Assembly: GCA_044892505.1 (NCBI GenBank) | Contig: CM097882.1 | Location: 25,730,001 to 25,794,000 of the forward strand | Source of the DNA: Schmidtea nova | Lineage: Eukaryota | Direction of reading: 5' to 3' | Length of the DNA stretch: 64,000 nucleotides | Shown: positions 17,537-29,874 of the stretch, one piece after another | Layout of the letters: the number at the start of each line of letters is the position of its first letter | How positions within the stretch are numbered: the first letter of the stretch is position 1 | The notes under the pieces: generated by a model | Seen by the model: the letters and a program-made list of their open reading frames with translations, nothing else | Told to the model about the DNA's origin: nothing | Databases searched by the model: none | Made by a program: the position numbers and the translations under genes

Positions 17537-17765
17537 AAAAAGGAAAATTGTTGAAGTCAACAAAACGAGCACTTAGTGCTCAAAAAAACAAATAAAATTT
17601 ACATTTTCACTCCTAAAAAAGAAAATTGTTGAAGTCAACAAAACGAGCACTTAGTGCTCAAAAAAACAAATAAAATTTACATTTTCACTCCTAAAAAAGA
17701 AAATTGTTGAAGTCAACAAAACGAGCACTTAGTGTTCAAGAAAGCAAATAAAATTTACATTTTCG
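17537..17765 (+). repeat. 78-bp tandem repeat, about 3 copies, each with two short palindromes
   Basis: ATTGTTGAAGTC at 17547, 17625 and 17703; contains TTGTTGA-AG-TCAACAA and GAGCACT-T-AGTGCTC. Confidence 0.9.
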
Positions 17766-18299
17766 ATTTTGTCCATGCACTGTAACTTTTATTTATTAAG
17801 TGCTTTGTAGTAATTAAAATTGTTACATTTTATAATTTCTATATCCTGCAACTAAATGTTTTTGGTCCTAATAGGGTTGTCAATGTTGTGCCAATGCTGA
17901 TTCGAGGGGATATAAAAAAATATTTAGTCTTTGCAAATAATCAAAATATGTACTTTTCTAACTGAATAACATTTATAGGCACGCCTATTATAACACAATG
18001 CTAATTGCAATCATTCCAGTTCATAACATTTCCTTTTTTTGGAATGTAGTCTCTAATTTTGTTCAGATAACACTATTTTATAGTATCACAACTACCACGC
18101 TACAATTGGTCTGTCTACTTCGTACATTTAAGCAAGGATACAACCAAATCCTTATTAAAATACATAAAACAAGTTTAAAATTGCATTTTTTGTCACTGCA
18201 CCTTTTATCAACAATTTCTATTATGGAGTATTAAAATAAGAATAAAATTTTGATGAAGTTGTTTTCTGCTGAATTGTAAATATATAATAATAAACAAGT

Positions 18300-18686
18300 A
18301 AAATTAAAATATGACAATTAAAACAAAAAAATATGAGGCAATAGATATGAAAATTAATGTAAATGGCGATACATAAATATCGACTAAATATAGAAAACCA
18401 AATTATTAACCTCAGGGATGATACTAAAAATAGGAATTACGTATTGTACTTTAAAATAAGGGAAATTTCGCTGAGTAAACAGCATAATGGGCAAATAAAA
18501 TGTGTTGACAGAGAGATTAAAGATTTTACTATATATACGGACTGATTTCTCAGTCAAATCACCCAAAAATCAAAAGCCTTAAAGAAGAGTTGTAAATTCA
18601 ATAAATTGATATTACAAAATAATTTGAGCATACCTATTTACACATCCGAGCTCAGGAAGCTGCAAATATTCACACACACACACGCA

Positions 18687-18729
<43 letters not shown>

Positions 18730-18897
18730 AGTTGAAATTGATATATATATATATATATATATTCATCTGTGAGGTAATTGTTTAATTTTTATCAAATTTG
18801 TAAATTATTATAATTTAAATAAAGTTTTGAAAAGAACCAGTCTTTGACTTATTTATTTATATAAGTTCATCAAGTTGAGATTCTTGGAACCTCAACA
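18300..18897 (+). repeat. Diverged solo or partial LTR related to element B (left boundary unresolved)
   Basis: Ends CAAGTTGAGATTCTTGGAACCTCAACA; shares TATA/TCAGT, CGAGCTCAG, (CA)n(TA)n and GGTAAT motifs with the B LTR. Confidence 0.75.
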
Positions 18898-20221
18898 CGT
18901 AATTTATTATCAATTAGCTGTATTGAGAATATTTTAATACTATTACTGTGCTTTACAGTGAGGAAAACAAGAGTATAGTAATAAATGCAAAAAGAAAAAT
19001 TAATACTAAAGATATTTTCGCTGCTTTTACACCATGTTTTACTCACTAAAAGCAGCTATAATGCATGTGAGGGTGCCTTAAAAAGTTATCAGATTTTTAA
19101 TTTTATATATCATAGGCATTTTTAAACTTATTTTCAGGTAAGTTAATTTATTAAGTTAATTTTTAGGGCTTATATTTTGATCTCATAAAGATATGAAAGA
19201 TTTTCTATGTTCTATAATTTATTTTTTTCAGATTCATATGAATAGTCACAAAATGAAATTAAAATACAAAGAAAAATGAGTGCAAATTAATTTACCTATT
19301 TTTTTATTAACTTGTTGGGCTGGTAGAATCAAAAATAAAATTTGTTTAAAATGCATTGAAAATAAATGTATACAAAAAGAATTGAATTCAAGGCGCACGA
19401 TAGAGCATTAGGCAGTAAAATAAGACAAAATATTATAAATTACTAAAATCTGACACAGGCGCTTAAGAAACTCCCTAAAAATATGCCATATAAGTATATA
19501 ATTCAAAAATACTTATAAATTTAAATTAAAACAGATATTTGCAAGAAGTAAACACGAATTTTGGTGAAAGAGTATTATTTGTTATAATAGAATATAAATT
19601 ACTGAAATAAAATGAAAGAAAGTATAACTACGTACTGTCAATATCATGCGTTGAAATAGTATCTTACTATACAAATATTTCTAATCACCTCATTTTCAGT
19701 GGTTCCGAATTCCGTGAATAGTGAGAATAATTTTTAATTTTGCTTATTTTGGAAATGATGACGATGTAAATTAGTAGAATACCGCTTGAAATTGTCATGA
19801 ATACACATGGTAAATATGTCATTGTAATTATGAATAAATAACATCTTTCGGAGTTCATCGATTGATTTTCGATTTTAAACAATGAACGTCAATGGTAAAG
19901 TTAAATTGCGATCATCCTGTATTTCTTTTGAGAAGTTGTAATTGAGAAAGTGAATACGTTTATTTTCATTAAAGGTGACTTGCCATCGATCCGGATTTGT
20001 CTTTCTCTTATAATAATGGATCGTCATCATAAATTTGTTTGATATTGGTTAAGTTTCCGTAGTTCGAGAACTGAGCTTTGCTATTATCTGGCGCTCATCC
20101 AGTACTACCTGAATCTTATTAGTTATAAAAATATTTACCTATTCTTGATATTTACTCCTGCGTGAAATAGTTGTTTCGTTATCAATGATTTATACTTTCA
20201 ATCGATCCACTTTGCTGTTGA

Positions 20222-20652
20222 CGTTAGAAGATGGATGAACCACGCAAATTTTGAAATTAAAACATTATACAGTAGAGGACAACAAATACAGAATCAAAAT
20301 AAATATACAAGAATGATGCAAGATGCCAGCAATTCAGTTTACCCATCAAAAATTATCTAATAACAATTTGCGATATTGACTAACTTGATTACTTTGAAAA
20401 TTATTTGAAGTTATCTTTATTAGTTTTATTTCATGTGACTAATTAATATTTGGATTTATGTGATAATTCTTATCAACTTTGTGTGAATTTGACAATTTAT
20501 TTTATTTTTATGTGAAAATAATTTGTTTGGTTATTTTATGATTTAAATAATATTGTGATTTTGATTATTAATTTTCACATCTTTATTTTTGTGTTCCACA
20601 ATATAAACATGGTAACGATTTGATTGAAAAAAATAAAAGGTTATCCCGGGTC

Positions 20653-20683
<31 letters not shown>

Positions 20684-22019
20684 TTTTAATAAAATTATAA
20701 GTAATTAATGCCCACTAAAGGCTAATCAGTATCATTTTTGTAAGGCGCTAGGCGTCGTTTTTTATTTTCCATTTTGATCGACGCTAGGCATCTTAAGTTG
20801 AAAAACAGCACTTCAAGTGCTTCAAAAAAAATTAAGTGCAAGAAATAATAATAATATTAATATGATTATCGAAATAATAATAATAATAATAATAGTAATA
20901 AAAATAATAAAAATAATAATAATAACAACAATAATAGTAGTAGTAATAACGATAATAATAATGATTATAATAATATTAAAGACAAATTTTGAAATAATAA
21001 GAACAATACCAAGAGTATAGTAATCATTTAAAATGCATCAAAAATAAAATTTTAAATTATTGCTTGAAAAACTTGTTAAGGCCGCATACACATCAGGAAT
21101 CAACATAATATTTGATAAGTTAATTCATAAAAATATTGACAATAACAACATTTCTGGTATATACTACCATATTAATCCAGATTCTATTTTGATGAATAAA
21201 AGAAACATTAATAAAAATATATGGTAATAATATTAATATTAATGAATATATTAATGAATATATTAACAAATATAATAATGATTATATTCAAATTTCCATC
21301 AGATAGGTGTCGCTGAGGCAAAGAAATTCATTTAATTAAATATTCAAATTAAAACGAAAAAATCAAAGAGTCAAAAAAATATAATTTAACATCGAAAAGA
21401 TGAGTTAAATGATACACAAACATCAACCCTTGATATATAAGTACCAACCCTCGCATTTTAAGCTCAAGGATGCTGTGAATAAAGATAACCCTAAAAATAG
21501 TAACTTATGTCTGTACTTTTAAAAATAAAAATTTGTTGATTAAAAATAAATATTATTAACATATGATAAGCGTTGACACTCAAAATGAAGAACATCAAGA
21601 TTTTACTATATAAGCAAACGTTTTCCTCAGTTAAACCACCTATAAAATCTTTGCGTAAGAAGAATTTCATTGTTGTTATCGACTACTGAAATAATAAATT
21701 AAAGCATACAAGATATCGANNNNNNNNNNNNNNNNNNNNNNNNNNNNNNNNNNNNNNNNNNNNNNNNNNNNNNNNNNNNNNNNNNNNNNNNNNNNNNNNN
21801 NNNNNNNNNNNNNNNNNNNNNNNNNNNNNNNNNNNNNNNNNNNNNNNNNNNNNNNNNNNNNNNNNNNNNNNNNNNNNNNNNNNNNNNNNNNNNNNNNNNG
21901 ATCTGTAATATTTTGTTCAGGTAATTTGTAATTGTTATAAATTTGAATAAAATTTTTTAACCAGTGTTATCTTTTTTATTTATATAAGATACCAAGTTGA
22001 GATTCTGGGAACCTCAACA
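20222..22019 (+). repeat. Solo LTR related to element B (contains an N gap and an (AAT)n tract)
   Basis: Starts CGTTAGAAGATGG (B: TGTTAGAAGATGG) and ends GATTCTGGGAACCTCAACA; imperfect 4-bp TSD TTGA/CTGA. Confidence 0.8.
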
Positions 22020-23264
22020 CTGAGATATATTATTTCGTATTGAGCCTTTACCTTTATGCATCGATTATTCATATAGGTTCCCTTATCATTAAAGAGTTTC
22101 TTGATTTATACTATTGAAAGACTATGAGTAAGATTTTCTGGTAATTTTTCGTATTTGACAAAAGATTTCCTGTTATTTAGCGTGTCAATTGTATAGTTTA
22201 GAAAAATTTGACTTTAAGTTGTTTTCCTGCCTTCCAATATACACAAATTTCATTTATCATCGGTTCGATTTCAGAAGAATTCCTCCATTCTTTTGTCCAA
22301 ATGCAAATTTGTATTAAATCGTATTTTACTTAAGTAGCCTTTTTTCTAAAATTATCATCTTAATTTTCTTCCCATATGATATCAAAAAATGAAACCAATT
22401 ACATTTATAATACATTAGACATTTTTGTTTATTACTGCTACAAAGTTTGGAATGAAATTAAATTTATAGTTCAAATCATTTTCCAATTAAATACTACCAA
22501 TAGCTAAAATCATTTTATTTTTCGAAGATTTCAATTTCTTTAAATTTACATTTGACAGAATGAAATAGTAGCTTCTAATCGGATTTCTTCTTAATTCATT
22601 ACAAATTGAGAGTTAAATTGTTCACAGCTGTGGAGTAAATTTTATTATTTAATTCACAATTGGATCCAATACGATTTCCTCATTTGAAATAAATAACACT
22701 AACATAGACAATGCAAATATAATTCTTTTAAGATGAACTAATGTACTCAAAATGATATTTAATTATTTCTTTATGTTTACTTTCTTAAAACTTCAATTGA
22801 ATCCATATTAATTTAACAATCATATATAAAAACACTCAAATTTTAAAATCTTGTATCAATATTACATGCATATTCTTTGAGCCCTTTGCATTTGCATTGA
22901 ACTTTCATAACTTCAGTAATAGATTTATTATTTTTCAAATTTTCATTGTTTCTGGCACTTGACATTAACTCATTATTGTAAATCGGTAAGTTCATATGGA
23001 CGGTATTCTTTGTGACGTTTATGAGTTCATATAGTATAGATTTACTAAAAACAATTGTGGAATGACCATTAAATGTTTTGAGATTTACTATTTTTAAAAT
23101 AAATCTATTATGTTTATCAAATACAATATCTTTTTCTTTCACTGAAACAAATTGAGGTTGGATACAGGATTTATTAACAAAGTAAGCATTTTCATTTTTT
23201 GTAAAACAACTCAATTCATACTTAACACTTTGCAATTTAACAACTGTATCATCTGACTATAAAT

Positions 23265-25847
23265 CATATTTTGTTGGATAAAAACTTAGAGTTGTTCGAA
23301 TGAAGCGGTAACACAGTTAGTGTAGTTAGGGTAGCCTTGTTTGCGGTGACGATGGGTGTTGGTGACAGTGGAAACGGAGTTGCTGTCTGTGGCGGCTGTG
23401 GTAGAATGTGTGTGTAATCCATGTGGGTTTGGCGTCGGAAAAGATGATCGGTGCTTCTGGTATTGTTGGTGGTGTTTCTGATGGTATTGTGAATGTTGCT
23501 GCTGGTAGTGATGCGGGTGGTGTTCTGTGTGGTGTGATTGGTGATGTTGTTGTGGGTGTTGTTGCTAGTGTTGTGCAAGGTGTGCTGGTTGGTTCTTGTT
23601 CTGGTGTTGGTGCTTGTATTGGTATTGGTGATGGTGTAGTGTGAGAAAATATTACTGTGGAGAGGGTAGCGGTTGTTTCTGAAATGGTGCTTGCTGGCGC
23701 AGTTGGTCGTATGTGCGTTGGACGTGGTTGGATGTGAGAAAGAGAATTCACTGGCGGTAACTCATCGGGGCGTCCAGGAATGTCCGATGACTGGGTTAGT
23801 ATTTTGAAGGATGGACGTCATTTGTGCGCCAGGTGCATCCCTCGAGGCACGATCTGGCTTCATTCTTGTAGAGCTGATGGTGAATACACACTGGGATTAT
23901 TGGATTCTGATGTGTAAGGAATTCGGACTTGCAACCGACGCAACATTTCTGTGCATGTTGTCTAAATCTGTTGTGGTAAAAGCAAATTGATTGCGCGCCA
24001 TTATTGGGTTGTATGTTTTGTGTGCGTGTCATTGGTGGGTGGTTGGAATGTTGTACATTATGTGAAGACGACGTGTGGTTGGATTATCTTTCAACGTTGC
24101 GAGTGTAGGGGTTAGCAGGTGTATATGTTGCGTTAACGATTGGAGATGATGGTGGTGGTGTGTAAATATCGGCTCGAGGTTTATGGGGTTGAAGTGCGTG
24201 AATGCGATCGGCTATTTTAGCAAGATGGTATGGGTCTGTCAAGTCTACCAATGCGAGAGAGGTTTATAGGTGGTATGAAAGTGAGAAAAGAAATTGGTGT
24301 TTAGAGCTGTATGTTTTTGGAAATATCAGGTATGGCGATGTCGTTGGAGAGAATGATCTATGCCAAAAATAGGCTCGGTTGTTGGCCTGCGTAACGTTGT
24401 AGTGCTAGTAGTTTTTGCAAGGCTTGTGTCTGTGAGAAAGTGTATTTGGAACTTATGAGTGCTTTTAAGTTCTCGTATTGATTCTCTGAGTCTAGGGAGT
24501 CAGCGATTTTGGGTGCCAGTTCCGATATGAATTCAGAAGGTAAACTGTCGAGAAGATGATATGCGCGTGATTTCGGGAAGGAGGACGTACAGGCTTCGAA
24601 AATGCAATGCGACGACGAAAGGTAGATCCTGATGAGGAAGATGGTTCTGCTGCATTACGCACACCTCCTAGGATGCGACAATGGATGTCTAATATGGTAT
24701 TGCGCTGAATCTCTGTGATCTAAGAAATTCGGAAACCGTTATATAGTATATAAAAAGAAGTTTTATCGATGTGGAGAGAGGCGGAAATGTCGTTGTAAAG
24801 GTCAATATTAAAAGCTATTTGGCTTATTATGTTGTTGAAGCGTATAAGGATATAGGTTGGTGTAATGGAGGAAGCTGTGGGGAAAGAATAAATGTTGTGG
24901 GTTGGCTCTTGTGTTTGAATGCGAGTGTGGTTTGCAGTTAAAATGGGGAATTAGGGCGAGGTAGATGGAGTGTATATAAAATTTTTATAGATAAATTTAT
25001 AATAAAATAAAATTAATAAATTTTATGATAATTACAAATAAAATTTTATATAAGATAATATAATAAAAAATACGTGCTATAATAACATGCTTCGTTGAAG
25101 CTTGTTGGAAAGTGGAGGCTTTTATTACCATAGTTTGAACTAGTTTCGATAGTTTCTTTGACGATGCTTTTAAATGAATCGATGAAATGTTCGATATTGA
25201 CCGAGTATTCTCTTGATTTTCAATATTCACTTCCTGATGCTGGAGAGCTGTCAATTCTGACACCAGTTGTAGTAACTCTGAAATAAATTACTATCAATAA
25301 CGAACGTTTATCATAATAAAAATGTCGGTGCGTTGAGTTTTGAATTGCTTCCTTCTTCATATTTAAATAAATCGCCATCTTTGAATTTGCATGCTGCTTC
25401 TTATTTAATAAATCTGTCATCTTTGCATTTGAATTTGCTTGCTGCTTTTTATTTAATTAATCAGTCATCTTTGCATTTGAATATTTTGCTGCCTTTTATT
25501 TAATAAATCTGTTATCTTCGCATTTGAATTTGTTTGCTGCTTTTTATTTAATGAAACTGTCATCTTTGCATTTGAATTTTTTCTGCCTTTTATTAAATAA
25601 ATCTGTCATCTTTGCATTAAAGTTTGCTTGTTGCTTTTTATTTAATGAAACTGTATTTTTTTGCATTTGAATTTGTTTACTTGCCATTTTTTGTCAACAT
25701 TAAAACAACGATTACTCAATTTGTATATAAACTATATTTAATTTAATAATATATATATTTATATAATATATAACAATAATTTAAAAGGTATATATATATA
25801 TATAGAAATAGTCAGAAATTTATACCAACTTACAAATAAACCCTACA
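23265..25847 (-). mobile_element. Degenerate Gypsy element C, same family as A: LTR, PBS and gag, truncated at the protease start
   Basis: PBS TGGTGTCAGAATTG at about 25252-25265 next to LTR end TGTAG (25268); candidate outer end ...CCCTACA at 25847; gag LLDSLPSEFISELAPKIADSLDSENQYENLKALI parallels A; knuckles CFYHNRFRQHAQKC and CIHHQLYKNEARSC. Confidence 0.8.
25365..25690 (+). repeat. About 48-bp tandem repeat (about 7 copies) inside the LTR of element C
   Basis: Unit TTTGCATTTGAATTTGCTTGCTGCTTTTTATTTAATAAATCTGTCATC; GAAT at 25383, 25431, 25479, 25526. Confidence 0.9.
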
Positions 25848-26199
25848 AATATAACACGTTCGATAAAGGAAAAAGTCGATGATCGAGTATACTCTAAAAA
25901 AGTAAAGTGAAAGAGTGTGTACACCCTTCAGTCTGCAACCTTGAGATGAATCGAGAATTAAGTGATGAATAGCTTTGGTAATATAGCTCACCAACATAAT
26001 TATCAAAGCGTAGTTATGGGTACATGAGTTAGGTCATTATGAGATATTATGAAGGTGTCAAGGTTACTGTAGCTATAGAATCAATAAAAATATAATGACT
26101 CACACACTGAAAAAATCATTTGCTTATTTTTCTTAATACTCCACAATATGTATAAATTTAAGATTCAAGATTTTATAAAACATTAATTCGTATCAGACA

Positions 26200-27500
26200 A
26201 AATACCTTTAATTACCAATTAAGCATTATCAAAAACCTTTTTGAAATCATAAACCTGATGAGATGACGCAAATACATAATTGAATTTTGTTTACAAGCAA
26301 TAATAATTGATATCAAAACTTTCCAAGTTTCTTGGCACAACAGAAGCACCACAATTAACAATAAAATACTCAAATAGAGACAAATGAATAGCAAAGATAA
26401 GGAATGAAACAGAATTATTAAAAGAACAAGTATTGAATTAAATAATGAATAAAAATCATACAAAAAACGATAAGTTAATGATAAAAAAGAACAAAAAAGA
26501 AAGATGGTAGACTAAACCAATGATGGTGTAAAAAACAAAACTTAGACCAATGAAGCCGAACAATAAAAGCACGACAAATGAGAGAAAATAATTTACACGT
26601 AAATAATTGATTTAAAACGAAAAGAATGTCAGGAAATGATGGACGAGAAACGTGATTGGTAGAAAAAGGAACACCCACGTAAAACTAGCAATATTTAAAT
26701 AAGGATCAACCAATCACTTTTAGTCGTTTTCAACCATTGTTCATAAAACTTTCAACAATTAAAATACACTTGTACCGTTAGGCTGCATTAACTACCAGTA
26801 CTATTTATTTGGGACAATTTCTTTTCAAGGACAGATTTGTTAATCATTGGAAAAGTACGTATTTTAATTATTCAAAAAACATTTTACAAAATCTCATATT
26901 TGTAATGCCGACCATATCTTAAGGATTTTGAGTGATTGGATCTGAAAGGAACCCAGAAACTCTCTTCTCGATATCAACCGTGACAATCTATGCTCTAACA
27001 ATGCGCCAGCCAATGTTCTCCGGATGGATTCAAGGAATATTAACTTTTCTCTAAATAAAAGTTTTTAGAAGGGGTAAAAAATGAAACACGAGGAACTTTG
27101 AGTAAAGCACGAGATTTCAAATAATCTCTTTTTGGAGGAAAAGGAAAGAACGATTAAAAAACCTTTGTACATCAGTATCATGGAAAAGTGTGAGTTAGGC
27201 AGTTATAATTGATAAAAAACTTCAAATATAATATTTTATAGTGAGAGGAACCTTAAACAGACAAATTGTCGTTCTACAAACTAGGATAAGCAACATGAAT
27301 TAGAACGAATTACGTCTGCATTAAGCTATGGCAACAGCGAGGAAGATAATGACAAAGTTTGTGACAACTTTGTCCAGGGAATCCGATAATTTGGTTTTCA
27401 ATAGATTGACTATCATGTTCATAAACTCAGCCGTCAGCTTTTACTTTCTACAAATCGAAGCAGCATCACATACTGATGCTTGTAACACAATTGCTAGTTG
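26200..27500 (+). pseudogene. Heavily decayed retroelement pol (RT-like) remnant
   Basis: Scattered RT-like peptides (LDLKG, NNAPANVLRM, EKCELG) among many stops; weak. Confidence 0.3.
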
Positions 27501-28200
27501 GTAACCATAAGGAAAACACGTAACACTCTAACTTGGTGATGATGTCTATATTTTCATCTAAATCTGAAAAGTAATAGTATCACATTCAGACAATTTTCGT
27601 AAAAGAAATGTAGGAAAGTTAAAATACATAAAGGTAAAATACTTAGAAATCGAAATTATAAAGTAAAGATGATCATTAAGAACCGTTCAAGAAATTTGTC
27701 ATAGTTTTGCTTAAGTCCGAAAGAGCAAACATATGTCAAACACCCCCAAAGATCTAGTCTCACAAATATGGATAAAGTCTTAAAGACATTCTTTTAGGAC
27801 TTAGAAAATAATTATTTATATTTTCGTGCATATTTCGGTACACTAGAATCCAATTTCGTGGTAGCTAGGCACTTTCAAGCTCCCTATTTGAAAATGCGCT
27901 TTTTGTAAATGTGTATATAAAGTTCTTATAGCAAGCTCACTGTTAAAGAAAGTCATCGATCATGGGTGTACATTACCAACGTGGTTAGTTTTCAGGTGCC
28001 TAGCCAGTAGTACATCTTGTGAGAATGCAGATGAAGGTGGTTGGTATAGTGAGGTAATATTAGTGACAAAGGAAAAGAGATTGAAGGCAAGTAAGGGTGC
28101 GCACCAACAACCCACCAAATTTTTATTTTGTCACTTTTCGAAAAACCACAAAACTTTGATTTATTTCTGTTAATTTTAATATCTGACCTACTTAATTTAA

Positions 28201-28439
28201 CCCCTTTACCGGTAGACCCGAGGATACTCGTCAAGTTGAAACCGGTTGATAACCGGTAGACCCGAGTTAACTCGTTTTATAGATTTATAGATAAAAAATT
28301 ATACTGTTATTCGTTATTAGTTGTTCGTTATTGTTGATAACGATGATTGAAAACAAATTAAAAAATTAAATTTTTTTATAATCGCCAATAAAGTCGCCAA
28401 TTAAGGGTCGATTTCAAAAAAATGTTGACGGTAAAGGGG
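28201..28439. mobile_element. piggyBac-type MITE (239 bp)
   Basis: TIR CCCCTTTACCG / CGGTAAAGGGG flanked on both sides by TTAA (28197-28200, 28440-28443). Confidence 0.85.
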
Positions 28440-28596
28440 TTAACATAAGATAGTCATGTGATCATAGTAATCATTGACCTTCTTTTACTAAAAGGACGAA
28501 GTTTGATCTATATCTAACGGAAATCAAGTTTATCTAAGAAAATTTTGAATTCCGTTGAAATAACATGTGTTTTGATTGAGGCTCAAATATATATAT

Positions 28597-29650
28597 TTTT
28601 GAGGTTCACAGAATCTCAACATGATGATCTTATATAAATAAATAAGTCAATACTGGTTCATAGAATTTTATTTAATCAAAACAAATATAACAATTACCAA
28701 AATAAAATAATATTCCATTCACCAGTTTAATTGTTTTTGTATTTGTGTGTATATGTCATATATGCAATGTGTAATGCTGAATGCGGTTCTGAGCTCGATT
28801 TACTGTATACTCTTTTTTAAAAGTTTCGATAGCTGATAACAACTATGAAATTTTATTACATCGCAATGATTTTAGGGGTTATTGAACTGGATAATAAGTC
28901 AGTTTACATTCTAATTTTTAAGGCACTTTATCTGTCAATAAATTTTGTTATTTTTTTATTTAAGTTAATTGAAAATAAAATTATTTTCAAAACAAAATTG
29001 TTTTCATAACAGAATTATTTTGTAACCTTGGAATTGAAAATATTATTTCATTTTGCTGATCTTTGTAGGTCATAAATATAATTTATTTAAACAAACTATA
29101 AAAAATTAATTTTATTATTTATTTATTTTAATTTTATTATTATTATTGCTATTATTTTTAATAAAAATAAAGTAACCATATCAATAATCTGAAACAATAT
29201 TTCAACAAAATTTTGAGATTTTATTTTATTACAGTAGACCTGTTAATCGATATTTTGTATCCATATTAAATAATTTTCTATTAATATTGGGGTTATATTT
29301 ATTAACATTCTGAAAATATTTTTAATCAAAAATATATTATTTTTCTGGTTAAAAGCTGTAAAATAAAATAATTAGTTGTTTCACATTTTTAATGTTCCTT
29401 GCATAAATTCACGTCAGATTACTAGTTGCTGTAAAATAAAATAATTAGTTGTTTCACATTTTTAATGTTCCTTGCATAAATTCACGTCAGATTACTAGTT
29501 GCTTGCTATAAAATAGGGTTATTTTTTATCATTATCTCTTCCACTGAATCAAAACATCTTTCAAAATTCAAATCAAAATACAAACCATTTTCCAAATAGT
29601 TTCAAAAAATAATTTACATAAAATATTTTCAAAAATATAAAATAACATCA
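28597..29650 (-). repeat. Diverged solo or partial LTR of the element B family, reverse orientation; contains a tandem duplication of about 72 bp (about 29355-29500)
   Basis: The reverse complement matches the B LTR (TTTCATAGTTGTTATC, CGAGCTCAGAA, GTTGAGATTCTGTGAACCTCAA, AAAATATTTTATGTAAAT). Confidence 0.85.
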
Positions 29651-29874
29651 TAATCATTTTTCAAAAAAATTTAAAATAAAATTAATTAACATAAAAAATA
29701 CTTTTTCAAAATCACATAAAATTATTTTCGAATATATATATATATATAGATTTATAAAATAAAATGCAATAGAAATTACTCTTGTCCATTTCTTTACGTT
29801 TACGTTTACTTTGTACGTACTTGGACGATTCAATACTAAAATATATTTCTTATATATATATATATATATATGTG

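Noticed and set aside
17537-17765. Possible CRISPR array
   Set aside because: Units are near-identical with no unique spacers, there are no cas genes, and the context is eukaryotic.
20817-21020. Poly-Ile ORF
   Set aside because: Translation of an (ATA/AAT)n microsatellite.
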